A stretch of DNA of 16,035 bases from a bacterium (GCA_037137535.1 JBAXKC010000050.1:1-16035), one strand, 5' to 3'. Numbered from the stretch's first letter, positions 8,426-15,839 are shown. A program made the numbers and translations. Notes: generated by a model from the sequence alone, not told the origin.

Positions 8426-9514
8426 TTATTTTTCTTTTGCTTGAAGATTTGCCGAAATGGTTTTCATTTGTTGTGAGGAATTTGCTGTGTCCAGAACTTC
8501 AAAACTGCCTCCTGAAAGCGTGCTGATTGGCACAACATCGTATTTTACAGCAACAATAGAGTCCTTGCCCTCTTTCATCGATCTTCCGCTGATTTTAAGA
8601 ATTGACGGTTCTCCTTTGTCTATTTTGATTTTTCCGTCAAATTCCCCGACAGTTCTGATTAAAACAGCTTCTTTTGAACCGTTTTGAGCAATAACAAAAG
8701 ATTTAGTATGCTTTAAACTTACGTTTTTATCGTTATTTTTTGAATCAATGCTTAAAAAACCCTGATTCTCTTTATTGTCAGAACCACTTAAAGGTAAAAT
8801 CACAATAGAATCATTGCCATTCATTATTTTGCCTAATGGAATTGCAACACATGGCGAAATATCCGAGGTTTTTTCATGGTTTTTTACACCAACTACAGTA
8901 AAAGAACCCGTCCCTGATTTGTCAAGGGTTGTAACTGCCTTTATTGTGGCAGTTTTTGCATCTGCTGCTGTTTCTGCAAAAATTGCATTATGTTTTGCAC
9001 CTTGTGCAGTTGTTGAGATAATCATTTCTCCTTGTGGGGTTGTAAGCTTACCTTTTTGGTCAATCGGCGACATTATAGATGCTCCCAGCGTGATTGTACC
9101 GCTGTCTTTGTTTGTTGACACAAATGTGAAGGTTCCGTTCTTTTCAGCTTTTAATGTTGAATTCGAAGTGCTTATTGAAGAAGATGTGGCTTCTGATTTT
9201 ATCTCTTGAGTTTGTTCTGCTGTATTTGTTAATGACTGGAATAATTTTTGAGCATTTTCAATAAGTAAATCTGCATTTTTGTTCATTATTGAAGCATTAA
9301 GCTGTTTTTCAAGTGTTTTTTCTGTCTTATTTTCAAAATCTATCGAATGAGTAGCCAGAGAGTAGGCATAAATCGCTTTGGAATAGGATTCCATTCCTTT
9401 TGGCGGCTCGTTTGTTTGAGGTTGCTGAGTTGCAGGATTTGCTTCGGTTTTTTGCATTTTTGGTTTGCTAATTACCGATTGAGCGGAGTTGTTAGTAAAA
9501 GATACTTTAAACAT
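8426..9514 (-). CDS. Hypothetical protein (362 aa): low-complexity Q/T/N/P/S N-terminus, probable beta-rich C-terminal region
   Basis: Long ORF with RBS GAGGA/TGGA. Alternating hydrophobic/polar strand-like segments occur in the C-terminal two-thirds. No family recognised. Confidence 0.8.
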   Translation of the reverse strand: MFKVSFTNNSAQSVISKPKMQKTEANPATQQPQTNEPPKGMESYSKAIYAYSLATHSIDFENKTEKTLEKQLNASIMNKNADLLIENAQKLFQSLTNTAEQTQEIKSEATSSSISTSNSTLKAEKNGTFTFVSTNKDSGTITLGASIMSPIDQKGKLTTPQGEMIISTTAQGAKHNAIFAETAADAKTATIKAVTTLDKSGTGSFTVVGVKNHEKTSDISPCVAIPLGKIMNGNDSIVILPLSGSDNKENQGFLSIDSKNNDKNVSLKHTKSFVIAQNGSKEAVLIRTVGEFDGKIKIDKGEPSILKISGRSMKEGKDSIVAVKYDVVPISTLSGGSFEVLDTANSSQQMKTISANLQAKEK

Positions 9515-9664
9515 TGTCCATCCTCAAACTATTCTATTCATGTATATAAAAGCAAAACAGCCAAAAAATTGACAGGAAATTAAAAAGTTTTACAAAATGA
9601 AATGATTTTGTGGAAATTTGAGAATTTATAAGGAATTAGAATGTTTGGTTACGTTCACAATTAC

Positions 9665-9926
9665 AGTTTTCGCAAAAGAAAAAAACTAAGCCACACAACC
9701 CACATGCGGTTTGCTTCTTTTCTCAAGAATTATATTGTATAAATCAGCTCAAAGGGTAAGAAAAGAAGCCAGTAGCGGTCAGAGCTGTAATGTTTTTGCT
9801 TCCTTTTTTTTGAAAAATAAAAAGGAAGTTGATGGCTTCAGACATCTAAACCGTATAGCAACGAGGATAATATACTGGTGAAAACTTAATAATTTAGGCG
9901 ATGCTGAACTTGTTTCAGAATGACGG
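9665..9926 (+). repeat. Dispersed structured repeat, copy D, with terminal REP-like palindrome (9900-9926)
   Basis: AGTTTTCGCAAAAGAAAAAAAC...GCGGTTTGCTTCTTTTCTCAAGAATTAT...AAGAAAAGAAGCCAGTAGCGGTC...CTTCCTTTTT...AAAAAGGAAG...CAACGAGGATAAT...GATGCTGAACTTGTTTCAGAATGACGG. Confidence 0.9.
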
Positions 9927-10195
9927 GTTTTAGTCACTTAGTTCTAAATTGCTCAAAAAAGTAGCTATATAGCTTTACCCGGCAAGATGTTAAGAAATAT
10001 AAATATTTGTTTTTTTACTGTTAAATAGTGAAAAAAATTGATAAGTAGACCATTACAGGGTTTCAAAAATAATTAATATTTTTATATATAATTTGGATTA
10101 TTTTTCAGAAAATGGGGGGTTATTTTTTTCTGAATTTAGCTTTTAATTATCTGTATAGTTAGAGGGAAATAGAAATTAAACGGTGGGGATTTTAA

Positions 10196-12739
10196 ATGAC
10201 TATCATTCAGTCTAGAAATTTGTGTGTGCAAAAAATTTCAAACAAACAAGTCAAGGAATCCAAAAAAGAAGCAAAAGTTCAGAATGTAGCGTCACAAACA
10301 TTATCATTAAACAATTTAGCAAAAACAAACTCAGAAAATTTAAAAGCGTATTTTCTAAACAACAAAACCGCTGTAAAAAATGCTCGCATGGATGTGGCAT
10401 TCGGTAAAAAATTAGACAGTCTTCATGAATTAGGCGCAAATTATGATGCAAAAACCGACAAATACAAATTCGGTCTTCGCTCGGCTAATGCTGAAAAAGT
10501 AAGACTTTGCGTATTTGACGGCGAACTCGGCAAAGAAGTAATGCATATTGATTGCGACAAAAAAGACGAGAACGGTGTATTCAAGTTTGAAACCCCTTTA
10601 AGTGAACTTAAAGAGAAAAATGCTGTATTTGGCGATAATAAAGCTATTTATTACGGTTATAGAGTTTGGGGACCTAACTGGAAATTTGATGAAAACTGGA
10701 AACCTGGAAGTGAAGACGGTTTTGTTGATGATGTTGATGATAAAGGCAATAGATTCAATCCTAATAAACTTTTACTCGATCCTTACGCAAAAGAAGTTTC
10801 TCATGATCCTATTTCTCCTGAAAAAGTTCATGTAAAAGATCCAGCTTTCTATTATGCAACAGGCCCTGATCATAGATTAAACGATTCAGCTCCTATTGCA
10901 CCAAAGTCAATTGCTTTTATAATGCCAAAACTTAGTGATATGCTTGAAGAATTATCTCCAGAAGAGAAGAAAAAAGTTGAAGAAACAAGAACAAGACCTC
11001 AGGAAAAAGAAATTGTCTATGAAACTCATCTAAGAGGGCTTACGATGAGGGATGAAGCGCTTCCCGAAAACATAACAATTGACGGGCAAAAAGCTCAATT
11101 TAGAGGAACTTATGCCGCTGCGGGCGAAAAAGCTAAAGAATTAGCAGATTTGGGCATTACGGAAATTGAGTTTCTTCCCGTTCAAGAAACCCAAAATGAC
11201 GGAAACGATAAGCATATAGAATCAAATTATTGGGGCTATATGACAAATGCATTTTTTGCTCCTGAAAGACGTTTTGCAGCCGATAAAAAACCTGGTGGAC
11301 CAACTCAGGAATATATGAAAATGGCTATTGAATTTAACAAAAACGGTATTAAAGTTCTTAATGACGTGGTTTATAATCATACAGGTGAAGGCGGATTATG
11401 GGCAAACAATCCGACAACAGCAAATCTATTATCTTTAAGAGGAATTGATAATTCTTCTTATTATGAAACTGCCGATAACGGAAAACGTTATTATGACAAT
11501 ACAGGCTGCGGCGAAAATATAAATGCCGCAAATGAAATGGTAAGGGATTTGGCGGTTGATTCTCTTAAACACTGGCAGGATTTAGGTGCTAATGGCTTTA
11601 GATTTGACCTTGCTCCCGTTCTTGCCAATAAACATTCCAAAGACCGATATGAGTACGATAGAGATGATTCTAAAAATATTTTGAATCGTTTAAAAAAAGA
11701 AATCGGCAGACCTGAAAAAGGCGGTAAAGGTGTTGATTTAATTGCTGAGCCGTGGGCTATCGGTGATAACTCTTATCAGGTGGGTAATTTCCCTAAAGGT
11801 TGGGGCGAATGGAATGATAAATTCAGAGATACAATGAGAAAAGTTGAAAACAGATGTGATGACGTAACTCCAGGGCAAATGGCTCAAGTTATTTCAGGTT
11901 CTGATAACCTTTTCAATAAAAGAGGAAGAACTCCAAACGCTTCAGTAAACTTTATCAATGCGCATGACGGATTTACCTTGAAGGATCTTCATTCTTACAA
12001 TAATAAAAATAATATTGGTTCAGATGGCGGAACTGATGATAATATTTCGTGGGATCACTTCGGTTCACCTGCTATTCAAAGACAGGCTGTAAGAAATTCT
12101 TTTGTTGATCTGTTAACTTCTGCGGGTATTCCTATGTTTGTAGGCGGAGATGAAAGCCTTAGAACTCAAAACGGAAATAATAATGCTTATAACCTTGATA
12201 ATGCAACTACATGGATGTATTGGGGCTGGAAAACTCCTAAGAACTTGCAAGAAACTTTAGTTCAAGGGCATAGAGAGTTTACAAAAGATCTGATTCAATT
12301 CAGAAAAGACCACCCTTCACTTGCTCCGACAGCTTTTTATACAGGAAAAGACGGTAATAAGAACGGCTTAGCGGATATTTCATGGTATGACGCTTCTGGT
12401 AAAACACCAAAAGCAGATTATTGGGACAATCCGAAAAATCATTTCTTAGCCTTTAGAACAGATTGTACGGAAGCTAAATTTGGTAAGCCTGAAAGTGTTG
12501 AAGCTCAAGATGATAAATCAGTTTATATTGCTATAAATAAAAGCCCAGAGGGAACAAGAGCTCATATTCCTGAGCCTGTTGAGGGTAAAAACTGGTATGT
12601 GAGCTGTGATACACAAGAAAGTCTTGAGGGTTCAAATATTAAAAAAGCAGGACAGGAAACACTTCTTAAACGTAATGAAGATGGCGAATACGTTTATGAT
12701 ATGAAAGGCAGAACAAGGCTTGTTCTGGTAGAAAAATAA
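10196..12739 (+). CDS. Isoamylase / glycogen debranching enzyme (GH13, CBM48 + catalytic barrel) with ~70-aa N-terminal extension
   Basis: FNPNKLLLDPYA, NYWGYMT, DVVYNHT, GFRFDLA (nucleophile), IAEPW (acid/base), HDGFTL and NNNAY motifs. The YYGYRVWGPNW...GFVDDVD segment resembles Pseudomonas-type isoamylase. Confidence 0.93.
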   Translation: MTIIQSRNLCVQKISNKQVKESKKEAKVQNVASQTLSLNNLAKTNSENLKAYFLNNKTAVKNARMDVAFGKKLDSLHELGANYDAKTDKYKFGLRSANAEKVRLCVFDGELGKEVMHIDCDKKDENGVFKFETPLSELKEKNAVFGDNKAIYYGYRVWGPNWKFDENWKPGSEDGFVDDVDDKGNRFNPNKLLLDPYAKEVSHDPISPEKVHVKDPAFYYATGPDHRLNDSAPIAPKSIAFIMPKLSDMLEELSPEEKKKVEETRTRPQEKEIVYETHLRGLTMRDEALPENITIDGQKAQFRGTYAAAGEKAKELADLGITEIEFLPVQETQNDGNDKHIESNYWGYMTNAFFAPERRFAADKKPGGPTQEYMKMAIEFNKNGIKVLNDVVYNHTGEGGLWANNPTTANLLSLRGIDNSSYYETADNGKRYYDNTGCGENINAANEMVRDLAVDSLKHWQDLGANGFRFDLAPVLANKHSKDRYEYDRDDSKNILNRLKKEIGRPEKGGKGVDLIAEPWAIGDNSYQVGNFPKGWGEWNDKFRDTMRKVENRCDDVTPGQMAQVISGSDNLFNKRGRTPNASVNFINAHDGFTLKDLHSYNNKNNIGSDGGTDDNISWDHFGSPAIQRQAVRNSFVDLLTSAGIPMFVGGDESLRTQNGNNNAYNLDNATTWMYWGWKTPKNLQETLVQGHREFTKDLIQFRKDHPSLAPTAFYTGKDGNKNGLADISWYDASGKTPKADYWDNPKNHFLAFRTDCTEAKFGKPESVEAQDDKSVYIAINKSPEGTRAHIPEPVEGKNWYVSCDTQESLEGSNIKKAGQETLLKRNEDGEYVYDMKGRTRLVLVEK

Positions 12740-12794
12740 ACACAATCCACCTCTAACCAAGCAGGAGGGTTTAACCGTCCTCCATTAATCATTT

Positions 12795-12822
12795 AGCCCC
12801 TTGAAAAAGGGGTTTTTATTTT
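12795..12822 (+). terminator. Intrinsic terminator of the isoamylase gene
   Basis: AGCCCCTT-GAAA-AAGGGGTT followed by TTTATTTT. Confidence 0.8.
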
Positions 12823-12835
12823 GTTTTTATTCATT

Positions 12836-12995
12836 ATTGTTTTGTGCAAAACAACTCAAAGATTAAGAAAAGAAGCTAGTAGCGGTCAGAGCTGCTATGT
12901 TTTTGCTTCCCTTTTATTTTTCAAAAAATAAAAGGGAGTCGATGGCTTCAGGCATCGACTCCCTACAACAACTAAGAGTATTTACAGGTTAATAC
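12836..12995 (+). repeat. Dispersed structured repeat, copy E (5'-truncated)
   Basis: TGTGCAAAACAACTCAAAGATTAAGAAAAGAAGCTAGTAGCGGTCAGAGCTGCTATGTTTTTGCTTCCCTTTTATTTTTCAAAAAATAAAAGGGAGTCGATGGCTTCAGGCATCGA. It lacks the 5' arm of hairpin 1 and the terminal palindrome. Confidence 0.88.
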
Positions 12996-13031
12996 AGTTT
13001 TAATATGAATATTTTAAAAAATAATGAATAA

Positions 13032-13061
13032 TTGAGTACTTAACCATTTATATGTTATAAC
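13032..13061 (+). promoter_or_regulatory. Candidate sigma70 promoter for the GNAT gene
   Basis: TTGAGT-N18-TATAAC with TG extended -10, ~30 nt upstream of the ATG at 13094. Confidence 0.35.
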
Positions 13062-13093
13062 TTTTTTAATTAAATAATTTGTTGAGAGAGTTA

Positions 13094-13576
13094 ATGTTTA
13101 TTAGAAAAAGCCAAGAAGAAGATTTAAATAATTTATTAACAATATATGATATTGCAAAGAATTTCATGAGAGAAAATGGAAATAAAACCCAATGGAGTCA
13201 AGCTTATCCAAGTATTGAGCTTCTGAAAGCTGATATAAATTCGGGTAATAGTTATGTTTGTGTGGAAGAAAATGAAATTGTGGGAACTTTTTATTTTGAA
13301 ATAGGCGAAGATCCTACTTATAAAAATATTTATGATGGAATGTGGTTGAATGATGAACCTTACGGTGTTATACATAGAATTGCTGTTGCCAAACACAATA
13401 CAGGCGTTGCGGTTTTTTGTCTGAATTGGTGTTTGGGTAAATGTAAAAATATTAAAATAGATACTCATAGGGACAATGTTCCTATGCAAAAATTTATTCT
13501 GAAAAACGGATTTCTTCAATGTGGTATTATTTTAAGACCTGATGGTACAGAGAGATTAGCTTATCAGAAATCTTAG
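13094..13576 (+). CDS. GNAT family N-acetyltransferase
   Basis: IRKSQEED start, VIHRIAV..HNTGVA acetyl-CoA motif and KIDTHRDNVPMQKFILKNGF motif. ATG 13094 after GAGAGAG is preferred over the TTG at 13079. Confidence 0.88.
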   Translation: MFIRKSQEEDLNNLLTIYDIAKNFMRENGNKTQWSQAYPSIELLKADINSGNSYVCVEENEIVGTFYFEIGEDPTYKNIYDGMWLNDEPYGVIHRIAVAKHNTGVAVFCLNWCLGKCKNIKIDTHRDNVPMQKFILKNGFLQCGIILRPDGTERLAYQKS

Positions 13577-13641
13577 AGGGTATTTTTCTAATTATTTTCA
13601 AGTTTTATTTAGAGTGCAGTAATCTTATAATTTAACAATAC

Positions 13642-13912
13642 TATTTTGTAAAAACTTCAACCAAAGACCCACCACTCACGAGCGGTTTGCTTCTTTTTTC
13701 GAAAATGAGTTTGTGTAAAACAGCTCAAAGAGTATGAAAAGAAGCTAGTAGCGGTCAAGAAGCGCCATGTTTTTATTTTTGCTAATTTTTTATTTTTCGA
13801 AAAATAAAAAGTTAGTCGATGGCTTTAGACAAAGAAATCATTAAGCAACGAGGATAATTTATTTGTGAAAACACATGGTTGAAGAGATGCTGAATCAAGT
13901 TCAGCATGACGG
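13642..13912 (+). repeat. Dispersed structured repeat, copy F, with terminal REP-like palindrome (13886-13912)
   Basis: CCAAAGACCCACC...GCGGTTTGCTTCTTTT...GAAAAGAAGCTAGTAGCGGTC...CTAATTTTTTATTTTTCGAAAAATAAAAAGTTAGTCGATGGCTTTAGAC...CAACGAGGATAAT...GATGCTGAATCAAGTTCAGCATGACGG. Confidence 0.9.
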
Positions 13913-13929
13913 TTTTAAGAATCAGCACC

Positions 13930-15372
13930 TTAAATATTTATTTTTTCTTTCATTCTCATCATAAGCTCAAATGGCGAGGATAGGGATGTTCCTGTTACCG
14001 TATCAAACCCTTTCCCTTGAAAAAGCCCTGTAACTTTGTCCCATAGGTTTTGTCTGTATAGAAAATACGGGATAAGTTTATGGTCATCGCTTACAAATTT
14101 TCCTGCTGTAAAATTGCTGATTAAAGTGTTATTAGCACTCCAGTCGTAGATTTTGCCGTTTTTATCCATTGCACCTACTGTTATGACGTTATCTGCAAGA
14201 CTTAACGGATTCAAATAATCTTTTCCGTAATTTCCACCGGAAACTGTAAACGGGATTTTATGGGAGTATTTTTCTATTTCGCATAAGCTCTCGTTCAGCC
14301 AATGATAAAAAGGAGTTCCTAGTGCTAAATCTTCCATGTTTACGTGGGTTATTTTGTCTTTTATGGCTTGTCTGTTGTTTTCAAAGAGTTCCTGTTTGAA
14401 ATTATTTGAGTAGTCCTTGATCATAGCTCTAATATTTTTTTTGCAGCTAGCAATGTTTTCATGGTTTATAGAATCGGGAATATTTTTTAAATATTCAGGC
14501 AATTCTTCTGGTTTTTTTGTGTAATGTTCTGACATTACATCTTTTAGCTTTTTCATGTGTTCTGAAAAGACTCTAAACTCAAAACTCCAGCCTGAGGAAA
14601 GATTTATTCCATCGGGAATTAAGCCTTTTTCTATTTGTTTGTTAAGTTTTTTCAGAGCAATAAACATTGAGCGGTCGTGATAACCTGTTGTTCCATCAGC
14701 AAATTTTGCAACAGGTAGTTGGATTTTAATTAATTTTGCTGTCGGATCGCAGGTTCTTGCAACTTTTTCGGAGCAATCGCCATGTGTCCTTGTTTTTGTA
14801 AGTGCAGATTTCCAGTCATCAAGTAATACAACGACTTTTTGAGGTGTTTCAAAAAACTTCTTTTTTACATTAACAATGGCTTCTTGAAGTTCTAATCTGA
14901 GCAATCCGTCATTTATGCCTGCAATACTGTTTTGCCAGTTATTTATTATTCGTCTAGTTATTTTCTCTTTTAAAGTGTTTTTAACTTGTTCTGCATTTGT
15001 TTTATCCGATAATATATGTAAAATATCTTTATTGCTAAGATCTTTTGCTTCAATAGGGGCTGGTAAATTCACTCCTGTCGGACCTTTTCCTATAAGTTTA
15101 TTTTTTACTATATCAGTAATATCAGTAACAGCATTTGCTTCAAAATTTTTAAAGCCTGCACGAGTTTGACCGCTTGGTTTTTCATGAGTAAATAATTTTT
15201 CCAATTTTTCAGAGCTCGTAAATAAATCTTCTATTAGTTCTATTCCGTAACTGCATTGTCTTAATAAATTGTGTTCGTATAATTCTCTTTCTTTTGACAT
15301 GGTTTCTTTAATGGGCAAAGCACTAGCTTTGACAGTATTAAATACTGTCTCGCCAACAGATAAACTCAACAT
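13930..15372 (-). CDS. Atypical subtilisin-like (S8) serine protease
   Basis: Subtilase motifs in the correct order: VVLLD (D185), THG (H197), INLSSG, VSGGN (oxyanion N381), VITVGA and GTSLSSP (S463). ~175-aa uncharacterised N-terminus with no Sec signal. Confidence 0.8.
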   Translation of the reverse strand: MLSLSVGETVFNTVKASALPIKETMSKERELYEHNLLRQCSYGIELIEDLFTSSEKLEKLFTHEKPSGQTRAGFKNFEANAVTDITDIVKNKLIGKGPTGVNLPAPIEAKDLSNKDILHILSDKTNAEQVKNTLKEKITRRIINNWQNSIAGINDGLLRLELQEAIVNVKKKFFETPQKVVVLLDDWKSALTKTRTHGDCSEKVARTCDPTAKLIKIQLPVAKFADGTTGYHDRSMFIALKKLNKQIEKGLIPDGINLSSGWSFEFRVFSEHMKKLKDVMSEHYTKKPEELPEYLKNIPDSINHENIASCKKNIRAMIKDYSNNFKQELFENNRQAIKDKITHVNMEDLALGTPFYHWLNESLCEIEKYSHKIPFTVSGGNYGKDYLNPLSLADNVITVGAMDKNGKIYDWSANNTLISNFTAGKFVSDDHKLIPYFLYRQNLWDKVTGLFQGKGFDTVTGTSLSSPFELMMRMKEKINI

Positions 15373-15388
15373 AAATAAATCCTAATAT

Positions 15389-15430
15389 AAACTCTCTAAA
15401 CTCTACTAAAAACTCTCTAAACTCTATTAA
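15389..15430. repeat. 21-bp tandem duplication just upstream of the S8 protease start
   Basis: AAACTCTCTAAACTCTACTAA (15389-15409) and AAACTCTCTAAACTCTATTAA (15410-15430), one mismatch. Confidence 0.85.
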
Positions 15431-15716
15431 ACCAATATTAAAATAATTTTAAACATAACATCAAAAATTAATAAAAACTCACCTATAACGTTTGACACCA
15501 CTTAAAAAACTTTTGCAAGAATTTTTAAATATTTTAATAATTAGCCTATTTATTTTATTTTAAGAGAAAAAGAAAAATAATAAAGTAAAAAAAAACCAAC
15601 TTTTTATATGACCTCAATTCAAACAAAAAAGAATAAAATCATACTGTAATAGTAAATAAAGTCTTCCACATTTCAGTCGACATTATTCAATTTGTAAGAT
15701 GAGAAGAGGGAACAAA

Positions 15717-15839
15717 ATGTTTAATAATAAAACTATATTGGCAATTATTGCCATATTTATAATTGTTCTTGCTTTTACAGCCCTCTCCAGTGATACAAGC
15801 GTTTTAAGATTAATTGAATCTGCCGGAGCTTGTGCGTAA
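15717..15839 (+). CDS. 40-aa small protein with a single hydrophobic helix or signal peptide: MFNNKTILAIIAIFIIVLAFTALSSDTSVLRLIESAGACA
   Basis: Translated by hand (below the ORF-track cutoff). Purine-rich RBS GAGAAGAGGG 6 nt upstream of the ATG; K5 followed by ~17 mostly hydrophobic residues; TAA at 15837-15839. Confidence 0.7.
   Translation: MFNNKTILAIIAIFIIVLAFTALSSDTSVLRLIESAGACA

Noticed and set aside
8275-9583. ORFs 8275-8526, 8457-8687, 8775-9209 and 9347-9583
   Set aside because: Antisense to the 362-aa gene. 8275-8526 runs through repeat copy C, whose siblings differ by indels, so I see no conserved reading frame in the repeat.
10222-15169. ORFs 10222-10407, 10251-10451, 10602-10835, 13136-13519 and 14915-15169
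   Set aside because: Alternate-frame or antisense overlaps within the isoamylase, GNAT and S8 genes.
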